Shown one piece after another: positions 56,476 through 64,000 of a stretch of 64,000 nt of DNA. The notes under the pieces were generated by a model, which did not search any database, had not been told where the DNA came from, and saw only the letters and a program-made list of their open reading frames with translations. This DNA is from Elusimicrobiota bacterium. GTDB taxonomy: Bacteria; Elusimicrobiota; Elusimicrobia; FEN-1173; JAKLIF01. The position numbers were made by a program, and so were the translations under genes. Numbering within the stretch: the stretch's first letter is position 1; each line of letters opens with the position of its first letter. The stretch spans positions 29,171 through 93,170 of the forward strand of contig JAKLIF010000003.1 of the NCBI GenBank assembly GCA_022709755.1, read 5' to 3'.

Positions 56476-58119
56476 ATGAGACAAGGACTGACCTCATCGA
56501 GCTTCTTCGGAAACCAGGCCCGGCGGCGGTTCGCCGGCCGGCTGGTGTCGGTCCTTCTTGCGGCTCTCCAGGTGGTCTCTCTGTTCCCGATGTCGGCGTC
56601 GGCTCAGGCCAAAGGAGGCGCTCCGGGACAATTCCTCTCGTGGGGAACCGGCGCCCGCAGCATGGGGATGGGAAAGGCCTTCTCCGCCATCGCCGACGAC
56701 GCCACTTCCGTTTATTGGAACCCGGCCGCGATGGTTCAGGCCGAACGGAAAGAGTTGTCCGCCATGCACGTGACCCTTTTCAAAGACACCGCCTACGATT
56801 CCATCAGCTATGTCCACCCGACTTCCAGAGCCGGCACGCTCGGCCTTAATTTCACCCGTCTCTTGTCCTCCGGATTCGAGAAGATCGGGATCAGCATCGA
56901 CCCCAAATCGCAGGAGATCGTCAAGTTGGAGAAGCTCGGCACTTTCGACGACCTTCAACAGGCCTACACGCTGGCTTACGGAAAACAGTTCACGGAAAAG
57001 ATGTCCATCGGCGTGTCCGTCAAACAGATCAGCCATCAGATGGATACGTTCAAACAGGGGTTCGTGGCCGTCGATGCGGCGTTCTTCGGGCGTGAATTTT
57101 TCCCCCATCACCGGATCGCGCTGGTGGGGCAGAACATCGTTTCCCAGGTCTCCGGACAGACGGACGATCAACTGCCGTTGACGGTACGCGTCGGGAACGC
57201 CTATTCCTTGCTGAGGGACCGCATCAACCTGGGGCTGGATATCACGCAGAACAGTTTTTCCGGGTTGGGCTACAATTTCGGGGCCGAATATTGGGTCCTG
57301 CGGTGGGCGGCGCTGAGGCTCGGGATCGAGGCGCATAGCGAAGGAATCGCGGAGACGAGCGTCGGGTTGGGGTTGAAACATCGGAACTATAGCCTGGATG
57401 TCGCCATGGCGATCCATGAACTGGGGATGTCCCAGCGGGTCTCGGCGTCCTGGCGTTTCGGCCGCTCGGTCAAGTCCAGCCAGAGAGAAGAAACCCAGAG
57501 CCTCATCGAACAGGGTCACGAGATGTTCCGGCAGGGCAATTATCTGCAGGCCATCCAGAAATTCAGCGCGGCGTTGGACGTGAACCCGTCCAATAAAGAG
57601 GTCCAGGCCATGGTGGCCAAATTGCAGGATATCGTCTCCGATCTTCCGAAGGCGCCGTCCGGCGACGTGGGCCGGTTGGTGGCTTCCGGCGTCAAGGCGT
57701 ATATGGACGGCGATCTGAACGGCGCGTATGACAGCTTCCGGGCCGCCTTCGATAAGGAGCCGGAGAACGGCCAGTTGATGAATCTGACCAACCGTCTGGC
57801 GAAACAGACCAATCGGCCGATGGTGGAACGGCCCAAGGGCGCCAGCGCGGCCGCCCGATGGACGCTGGTGGACCAGAAGCTGCATGACGCCCTGCAGGCC
57901 ATCTACGAAGGCCGCTATGACGTGGCCATCCAGAAATGCGACGAGGTCCTGCGCATCGAGCCCACGAACGTGGTGGCGATCGGCCGGATGGGCGCGGCGT
58001 TCTTCCTCCTGGGAGAACGGGACAAGGCGGTGGCTCTCTGGAAGCGGGCCCTGGAACTGGATCCGACCCATCGCCCGGCCATCGAATACCTGCAGCAACT
58101 GGGTGAATACAAACGATGA
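56476..58119 (+). CDS. FadL/PorV-like outer-membrane beta-barrel fused to C-terminal TPR repeats
   Basis: Signal peptide ending ...SASAQA. Hatch motif GARSMGMGKAFSAIADDATSVYWNPAAM, the same A-x-AMG-x-AF-x-A-x-ADD-x-S-x-x-x-NPA motif as the FadL at 7806-9065. ~300-aa beta-rich barrel, then ~200 aa of TPR (ALDVNPSNKE..., ALELDPTHRPAIEYL). Confidence 0.65.
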   Translation: MRQGLTSSSFFGNQARRRFAGRLVSVLLAALQVVSLFPMSASAQAKGGAPGQFLSWGTGARSMGMGKAFSAIADDATSVYWNPAAMVQAERKELSAMHVTLFKDTAYDSISYVHPTSRAGTLGLNFTRLLSSGFEKIGISIDPKSQEIVKLEKLGTFDDLQQAYTLAYGKQFTEKMSIGVSVKQISHQMDTFKQGFVAVDAAFFGREFFPHHRIALVGQNIVSQVSGQTDDQLPLTVRVGNAYSLLRDRINLGLDITQNSFSGLGYNFGAEYWVLRWAALRLGIEAHSEGIAETSVGLGLKHRNYSLDVAMAIHELGMSQRVSASWRFGRSVKSSQREETQSLIEQGHEMFRQGNYLQAIQKFSAALDVNPSNKEVQAMVAKLQDIVSDLPKAPSGDVGRLVASGVKAYMDGDLNGAYDSFRAAFDKEPENGQLMNLTNRLAKQTNRPMVERPKGASAAARWTLVDQKLHDALQAIYEGRYDVAIQKCDEVLRIEPTNVVAIGRMGAAFFLLGERDKAVALWKRALELDPTHRPAIEYLQQLGEYKR

Positions 58120-60047
58120 TCTCCGCCCCCTATTATAGAGTAGGTAACTACATGGGGCCCCGCCCCCGGTTCTTGGGTCGCGCGGTCTTCGTTGTGGTGG
58201 CGGCGTTGGTCTGTTCCGGGATTCTGACGGAGACGGGTTTCACCGTCGGCGCCGCCGCCCCGGACCCGGTCATCATCGAACAGGAGAACCTCATCCGCCG
58301 CGAAGCGGAGGAAAAGATCCAGCGGGACATCTTGGACCGCATCCTCGGAGAGGGGCGGGCCAGCGTGCTGGTGAACGTCGAGGTCAGTCTCGAGAGCGAA
58401 AAACGGGAGTCAGGCACGGCGGAAGGGAAAGTGGACGACCGCAAAGGATTGGGCGATCAGGACTACATCCTGCCGTGGGTTCCGGCCCAGAAGTCGGTCA
58501 GCAAGAACAATGAGGTCCCCAAGGACGCCAAGGTGGAATCCGCTTCGGGAGAGATAGCGACCTCCGCGATCCGTCAGGTCGTGCGCCGTTTCGACGTGAC
58601 CGTGATCCACGATGAATCCATGGGCAAACCGCAGATGGAGCTGGTGGATGCGGCCATCCGTTCCGCTTATTCGCGTTACGAGAAGGTCATGAGCGTTATC
58701 TATAAGGCGACCCGGTTTGCCAAATATGAGATGAAGGTCAAGATCAGGGAGGGTTTCTGGGATTTTCTGAAACCCCAGTATCTGTTGCCCGGTCTCATCG
58801 CCCTCCTCCTGTTGTTCTTCCTGTTCGGTCCGGTGTGGCAGTTCCTTCGGGCGGTGTTGAAGGCCATGACGGCCCGCCGTGGAGCGGACATGTTCAGTGA
58901 TTCCAACACACGGCTTGAATCGAAGGGGGAGAACGAGGATAAGGACAAGGATAAAGACGGAAAGAATGGGGAAGGGGAAGAGGCCGATGCTCTGGCGGCC
59001 CTTCAGAAGAAGATGCAGGAGGAGAAATACATCCCCTTCCTCTATGTCGACGATAAGAACCTGAAACGGCTGATCTACCTCATCCGGAAAGAGCCGCCGG
59101 AAGTCATCGCCGTCATCGTGTCTTACCTGAAGCCGGAGTTCGTCAAGGAGATATTGAATTCGCTGGTGCCGGAGTTACAGGCCAAAGTGGCCATGCATAT
59201 GGCCGCGGTGAAACAGATGACGCAGGCGGAGATCCGTTCGTTGGATATGGAGATCAAGGAGAAGATCGATTTTCTCGTGGGGGGTCTCCATTCGTTGTTG
59301 AAGGTCCTCGATGAGGTGAATTCCACCAGCCGTGACAACATCTTGGAATATCTCAAGAACGAACGTCCGAGACTCTATGAGAAGGTGCGGCATTATATCC
59401 TGATGTTCGACGACATCATCAACTTTCCGGACCAGGCCATGCAGATCATCGTCCGTGAGTTAAGGACGGAGAATCTGGCCAAGGCCCTTCAGGGGGCCAG
59501 CCCGGACATCACGAACAAGGTCTTCAACAACATGTCGAAAGGGGCCATGGCTCTTCTCAAGGAGGAGATGGAGTTCAGCCGGGCCTTGACGCCGGATCAG
59601 ATCACGGACGAACGTCAGAAGATATTGAACACCGTCAAGAGCCTTGAATTGGCCGGGAAGATATCGATCCGGGAGAAATTGCCGGATGATTTCCTGGAGT
59701 GGGAGGACATGGAGGTCCTGTCCAACACCGGACAATGGCTCGCCGGCCGTTCTTCGTCGGAACCGGCCGCCTCCCCGGCCGCCAACCCCGAATATTTCAC
59801 GGCAGGAATACAACTCTATCAGGCGGGACAGTATTCGGAAGCACTGCCATATCTTCAGTACGCGGATCAGCTGGACCCCCGGTCCGAGGAGACGAAACAG
59901 TATCTGGGGCACTGCTATTACGCGTTGGGTCAGTACGGCGCCGCGTTGGCGACGTATGAGACGTTGTCAGCGATGAAACCAGGGGATGCGGCTTTGAAAC
60001 AGTGGGTGGAACAGTTCCGCGCGAGCATCTCTCTCCCGACGACATAA
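58116..60047 (+). CDS. chimeric FliF(C-terminal ring-building/TM part)-FliG(middle + C-terminal domains) membrane protein with C-terminal TPR
   Basis: Residues ~50-260 align with the FliF RBM3 and C-terminal TM region: NLIRREAEEKIQRDILDRILGEGRASVLVNVEVSLE versus FliF NDVESRIQRRIEAILSPIVGNGNVHAQVTAQLD, then TM LLPGLIALLLLFFLFGPVWQF. Residues ~300-520 are FliG-like. EPPEVIAVIVSYLKPEFVKEILNSLVPELQAKVAMHMAAV matches the FliG-M EHPQ region. ILMFDDIINFPDQAMQIIVREL...GASPDITNKVFNNMSKGAMALLKEEM...RQKILNTVKSLELAGKISI matches the FliG-C MFxF and charged-helix region. C-terminus is TPR-like (AGIQLYQAGQYSEALPYLQYA...). ATGA overlap with the upstream stop. Confidence 0.7.
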   Translation: MISAPYYRVGNYMGPRPRFLGRAVFVVVAALVCSGILTETGFTVGAAAPDPVIIEQENLIRREAEEKIQRDILDRILGEGRASVLVNVEVSLESEKRESGTAEGKVDDRKGLGDQDYILPWVPAQKSVSKNNEVPKDAKVESASGEIATSAIRQVVRRFDVTVIHDESMGKPQMELVDAAIRSAYSRYEKVMSVIYKATRFAKYEMKVKIREGFWDFLKPQYLLPGLIALLLLFFLFGPVWQFLRAVLKAMTARRGADMFSDSNTRLESKGENEDKDKDKDGKNGEGEEADALAALQKKMQEEKYIPFLYVDDKNLKRLIYLIRKEPPEVIAVIVSYLKPEFVKEILNSLVPELQAKVAMHMAAVKQMTQAEIRSLDMEIKEKIDFLVGGLHSLLKVLDEVNSTSRDNILEYLKNERPRLYEKVRHYILMFDDIINFPDQAMQIIVRELRTENLAKALQGASPDITNKVFNNMSKGAMALLKEEMEFSRALTPDQITDERQKILNTVKSLELAGKISIREKLPDDFLEWEDMEVLSNTGQWLAGRSSSEPAASPAANPEYFTAGIQLYQAGQYSEALPYLQYADQLDPRSEETKQYLGHCYYALGQYGAALATYETLSAMKPGDAALKQWVEQFRASISLPTT

Positions 60048-60052
60048 AAACG

Positions 60053-63000
60053 ATGAACGATAAACTCAAATCTCTGTTCGGCCGAAAAAAAGGGGATCCG
60101 TCCACGGATTCCCGGAACCTTCCTGTTCCGTCGGAACCGGCGCGACCCCCGATGGTCCCTCCTCGGGAGGAAGCCGGATCGTCCGATCAGGCGGCTGATT
60201 CTCTTTTTCAGAAACAGGAGCTTGAACGCGCGGCGGCCACGGCCGAACTTCAGGAGGCCGAGACGGCCGCCGCGGTGAGGCAACAGGCCTTCAACGAAGA
60301 GATGAAGACATTCCATGAGGATATTGAGGCCACCTTGCGCGCGTGGGAGGAACATGCCCTGGTCTCGAAGAAACGATGGACCGAACTGATCGAAAAAAAG
60401 ATGTCGGAGATGAAACAAGAGTCGGAGAAAGCCCTGGAACTCGAATCCCTGCTGAAATATCACAGGGAATCGTCATCCAAGTCCGCCGTCCTCCAGGAGC
60501 AGATGGAGCAGGAGAAAAGACAGTCCCTTGAAAAACAGATGCGGGGCGAGAGGGCCCGGTGGGAACAGCGGCTGGAGGACCAGAAACAGAAGATCGGTTC
60601 TCTCCGCCAGAAGATCGAGGTATTGAGAGGTCAGAAGGTCCTCGAGGAGGAGGCGCACCGCAAGGAGATCGAGACGTTGAAGGCGCAGTTCTCCAGCGAG
60701 ACGTTGCGTCGTCAACGGGAATGGGAACTCATCAAGGGACAATTGGAGAGGACGTTACAAGAGAAAGCCAAAGCCCTGCGGGAGATGAAGCTCAGGACCG
60801 AAGAATTCAAGATGTCGATCGACATGGAGTTGAAGAATCAGGAGGACGAGAAACAGCGGCTGATCTCCACGTCCCAGGAACGGCTCCAGACCCTCGGCCT
60901 CCGGAAACAAAACGAACAGATGAAGTTTGAATCGGTTCTGAAGACCCTCGCGGAGACCCATCAGAAATCGATCGCGGAGTTGGAGATGATCCAGGCCCAG
61001 TCCAAGGCCGAAAAAGAAATCCACCAGAAGGAATATCGGGATCTGGTGGCCAAGGCCCAACAGGATCTTCAGGAATTGGAACATCGTCTCCAGCGCGAGG
61101 AGGGTTCTTTCCGCCAGGTTATCGACGATAAAAATCGGGAAGCGCAGTCCCTGCAAGAACAGCTTGAGCAGATCGAGAAGTCGTCCCAATCGGGATGGAA
61201 AGACGTTCAGTCCCGGCTGGAGCAGGATCGTCTCCAACTGGCCGCCCAGATCCGGTCGCAGGAAGAGGCGTTGCAGAACCTCCTGAAAGAGCAGGAGGAG
61301 AAGTTGAACCGCCAGAAGGCCGATTATGCGGCGCTCCAACAGGCCTGGAGCCAGCGGTTGAAGGAAGAACAGTCCCAGCACGCCCAACTCATCCAAACAT
61401 TGCAGGAGCAGAGGAGAGGGTTGGAGATGAAACAGGCGGAGTTGGAGAAGTCTTTGAACGGGCAGCGCGAAGAGTGGAAAAAACAGATCGTTGAGACGGA
61501 ACGCGCCGTCGCGGAAGCGCAGACTCAATTGTCTCAGAAACAATCCGAGGTTAAGAGGACTCTGCAACGGTTGGAGTGGGACCATCAGGAGGCGGCCCGT
61601 CCGTTGGTGGCGAAAAAGACCGAGATCGAGAGGCGGTTGCAGTCCCTCCAGACCGATTTTCAAAAGGCCATGGAGGACAAGGAACGATGGGTCCAGTCGT
61701 ACGTGGACCAGATGAACCGCCGGGAGGAGGCGGCCAAACGGTTGTACGATGAGCAGAAGAACGCGGCCCAACGGGAACTCGAAAAACTGTCCAAGGCGGA
61801 GGCGGAGGCGTCGGTCCGTTGGAGGGTGGAAGAGCAGAAGATGAGGGAATCCCTCGATCTAAAGAACGTGGAGCTGGGACGTCTCCAGGGGGAACTGTCC
61901 GCGAAGGTGGATCAGGGCCAGGTTGAACAGTCTCAAATGAAGCAACGGTTCGAAGAGGAGTTGCTCCGGCTTCGGGAAGAAGTTAAAGCTGTTTCGGATC
62001 ATGTCGACAAACAGAGACAGGAGAATCAACGGATCTTATCGGAGAAGGATCAAGATATCTCGGCGCTGAAGATCCGCTTGAAAGAACAGGCCCAGCGCCT
62101 CGAAGAGGAGGGGCGTCTCCTCTCCGTCTCTTTCGAAGAAGAACGTTGCCGGTTGCAGAAATCGTTGGAAGAGGAGGAGGTCCGTCGTCAGAAGATCCAA
62201 GAGGGTTGGAATCTCGAGAAAGATTCCCTGATCAATCGTCAAAGGGAACTGGAGAAACAGATCGAAGACGCATCGGTCCTTCATCGTCGGGAGATGGAAG
62301 CGCTCGCCGCGGATCGGGCCAGGGTGCGTCAGCCGCTCTCCCAACAGAAAGCCGATCTGGAGATCCAACTGGAAACCCTGCTGAAGGACCGGGAGGGCGC
62401 GCTTCAGGCCTTGGAGTCGGAAAAGCAGAATCTTGAATATCAACTTCAACAGAAACAGGAGTCGGTGGGGAATATCCGGGAGCGGCATCATCAGGATGTC
62501 GCGAACCTGAAAGACCAGTTTCGGGAACGTTTTGCGCGGATGAGGGAGGAGTGGACCGCGCTGGAAAACCGGCATGCGACGGCGTTGCAGGATCTGGAGC
62601 GCCAGATCCTGAACGTTCAGAAACAGTTTGCGGAAACGAAATCGGAGTTGGATCAGGAAAAAGATAATTTCCTCCAGGTCTCTCATCGGGAGAAGGCGGC
62701 CTTGCTCGACAGTCTCGCGGAATTGGATCGGAAGATCGGTTCCTTCAAGGAAGAGTGGCCCCGGCAACGCCAGGAAAAAATGGATTATCTCGATCAGATT
62801 CAGAAGAAGGTCGCGCTCCTCCAGCGTCAGTTGGATGAACAGGAGAAGGAGTCGGTCCGCGCTCTGGATCAACGGCGCCAGCGGTTCCTGAAACGGGAAT
62901 CGAAAGTCCGGCAGGTGATCGGTTCTCGGACCGAGAAACAGAAACAGGAACTGAATAAGAGTCAGTCTCTCCTCCAATCTCTTCAGAAGGAGACGGCCGG

Positions 63001-64000
63001 ACAGGAACAGTCGTTGCGGAACCAGTTGACCGAAACGGAAAAAGCATACGCGGCCGAGAGGGACCGGTTGGGACAGCAGAAGAAGGAACTGCAGTCCCGA
63101 TGGGAGATCCTCGAGAAGGAACGAGCCGAGGAATTATCGAAATTGAGCGGCGAGATCCAGCGTTTGGAGACCCAATACGCCACTCAGCAATCCCAATGGG
63201 ACAGGCAGCTCCAAAAACAGAGGGAAAACGAGGCCTCGGAGATCGAATCCTTCCATGTCCGGATCCGGGAGATCCTGGAACGGCAGAAGAAGGACGAGGC
63301 GGCGGCGGACGCGGTCATCCAACGGGCGGAGGCGGATCGGGCAAAACTGCAGAAGGAATATGAGGACCGCCGCTGGGCATTGGAATCCCAGATCATCGAA
63401 AAACGGAAACAATGGACACCCCTTTTGGAGAAGATGAAGGAGGAGGTCCGGAGCCTATCGGAGAAAGAGACGGATCTCCTCCAGCGCTTCACGACGGAAA
63501 AAGAGCATCGCGTCAAGAAACTGGCCGATCTTCAGAACCAGCTCCAGAACTGGAACGAGAAGATGCAGGCGGAGAAGAAGGAACATGAGATACGGCATGA
63601 GGATAAGATCGCTTCCCTGCAGGAGCAGATCGATAAGAACACCCAACTGTTGGTCAAGACAAAGAAAGAATTGGACGTGCGGGTGCAGTCGAATCAGGAG
63701 GAGTTGCAGAAAGTCACCACGGATTTGCAGGAACGGGAACGTCAGATCATGGCGCAGATCGACAAAGAGGAGGCGGACTGGAAAGAGGGGCTGACCGCCG
63801 TTGAGGAAGAGGCGCAGCAACTGAAGTCCCGGCTCCAGTCGACAGAGTCCGCCCACCGGGAGACGGTCGGCGGATTGGAAGTGCGCATCAGTCAGATTCA
63901 GATGGAGCTGACCCTGAAGGAGACGCAGCGGGAGTCGGACAAGGCCCGTTTCGAGAGGGAATCGGCCAAGGTCCGCCGTCCTCTGGAACAGAAGTTGAAG
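60053..64000 (+). CDS. giant coiled-coil protein (>1315 aa, 3'-truncated by window end)
   Basis: ATG 5 nt after the FliF/FliG-like stop. The frame is open to the last base of the window. Translation is E/Q/K/R/L-rich with heptad periodicity throughout (e.g. LQEQLEQIEKSSQSGWKDVQSRLEQDRLQLAAQIRSQEEALQNLLKEQEEKL). It is absent from the ORF track only because it has no stop in the window. All minus-strand ORFs in 60.7-63.9 kb are its shadows. Confidence 0.6.
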   Translation, partial: MNDKLKSLFGRKKGDPSTDSRNLPVPSEPARPPMVPPREEAGSSDQAADSLFQKQELERAAATAELQEAETAAAVRQQAFNEEMKTFHEDIEATLRAWEEHALVSKKRWTELIEKKMSEMKQESEKALELESLLKYHRESSSKSAVLQEQMEQEKRQSLEKQMRGERARWEQRLEDQKQKIGSLRQKIEVLRGQKVLEEEAHRKEIETLKAQFSSETLRRQREWELIKGQLERTLQEKAKALREMKLRTEEFKMSIDMELKNQEDEKQRLISTSQERLQTLGLRKQNEQMKFESVLKTLAETHQKSIAELEMIQAQSKAEKEIHQKEYRDLVAKAQQDLQELEHRLQREEGSFRQVIDDKNREAQSLQEQLEQIEKSSQSGWKDVQSRLEQDRLQLAAQIRSQEEALQNLLKEQEEKLNRQKADYAALQQAWSQRLKEEQSQHAQLIQTLQEQRRGLEMKQAELEKSLNGQREEWKKQIVETERAVAEAQTQLSQKQSEVKRTLQRLEWDHQEAARPLVAKKTEIERRLQSLQTDFQKAMEDKERWVQSYVDQMNRREEAAKRLYDEQKNAAQRELEKLSKAEAEASVRWRVEEQKMRESLDLKNVELGRLQGELSAKVDQGQVEQSQMKQRFEEELLRLREEVKAVSDHVDKQRQENQRILSEKDQDISALKIRLKEQAQRLEEEGRLLSVSFEEERCRLQKSLEEEEVRRQKIQEGWNLEKDSLINRQRELEKQIEDASVLHRREMEALAADRARVRQPLSQQKADLEIQLETLLKDREGALQALESEKQNLEYQLQQKQESVGNIRERHHQDVANLKDQFRERFARMREEWTALENRHATALQDLERQILNVQKQFAETKSELDQEKDNFLQVSHREKAALLDSLAELDRKIGSFKEEWPRQRQEKMDYLDQIQKKVALLQRQLDEQEKESVRALDQRRQRFLKRESKVRQVIGSRTEKQKQELNKSQSLLQSLQKETAGQEQSLRNQLTETEKAYAAERDRLGQQKKELQSRWEILEKERAEELSKLSGEIQRLETQYATQQSQWDRQLQKQRENEASEIESFHVRIREILERQKKDEAAADAVIQRAEADRAKLQKEYEDRRWALESQIIEKRKQWTPLLEKMKEEVRSLSEKETDLLQRFTTEKEHRVKKLADLQNQLQNWNEKMQAEKKEHEIRHEDKIASLQEQIDKNTQLLVKTKKELDVRVQSNQEELQKVTTDLQERERQIMAQIDKEEADWKEGLTAVEEEAQQLKSRLQSTESAHRETVGGLEVRISQIQMELTLKETQRESDKARFERESAKVRRPLEQKLK

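Noticed and set aside
60755-63856. Series of minus-strand ORFs (60755-61771, 62036-62977, 62745-63047, 63455-63856) and short plus ORFs in 60.3-63.8 kb
   Set aside because: All are alternative frames of the single unterminated plus-strand coiled-coil ORF starting at 60053. Their Leu/Phe/Gln-rich translations are the mirror of its Glu/Lys/Gln codons.
1-64000. Searched for CRISPR arrays, tRNA/rRNA genes, integrases/transposases and long direct or inverted repeats
   Set aside because: None found by eye. No repeat-spacer periodicity, no cloverleaf-like conserved tRNA motifs, and no recombinase-like ORFs. The only compositional anomaly is the 12.5-14.1 kb low-GC island.

Overview
High-GC (~63%) bacterial chromosomal segment, tightly packed, with many overlapping start/stop codons. 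Most genes are housekeeping: isoprenoid ispG/ispH, Fe-S assembly nifS/nifU-like, hemE, folD, tmk, holB, mltG, ruvX, and nucleotide-sugar and cell-envelope enzymes. The window is rich in signalling genes: three histidine kinases, a REC-PAS-LuxR regulator, a CHASE2 nucleotidyl cyclase, a PilZ protein and YajQ. Three loci stand out. (1) At 55.47-64.0 kb, a sigma70-type promoter drives two tandem c-di-GMP-I (GEMM) riboswitch-like elements. The first is followed by an intrinsic terminator. Downstream lies a co-directional, tightly coupled cluster: a small secreted FlgD-Ig/T9SS-CTD-like protein, a FadL/PorV-like outer-membrane barrel fused to TPR repeats, a natural chimera of the FliF C-terminal ring/TM region with the FliG middle and C-terminal domains plus TPR, and a giant (>1300 aa, runs off the window) coiled-coil protein. 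There are no other flagellar genes in the window, so this is a candidate c-di-GMP-controlled, envelope-spanning, flagellar-rotor-derived machine of unknown function. (2) At 0.98-9.07 kb, a 6-gene minus-strand operon: FadL-like channel, alpha-oxoamine synthase (BioF/SPT/CqsA family), FemAB/BioF2-like acyltransferase, sensor kinase, B12-binding radical SAM enzyme and REC-PAS-LuxR regulator. Upstream is an AT-rich region with a repeated AATGCG motif. This is a candidate lipid-like signal biosynthesis and sensing module. (3) At 12.5-14.1 kb, a ~40% GC island carrying a single archaeal-type P-loop NTPase, likely horizontally acquired and possibly a defence or mobile remnant. Many long ORFs in the track are antisense shadow ORFs typical of GC-rich DNA and were rejected.
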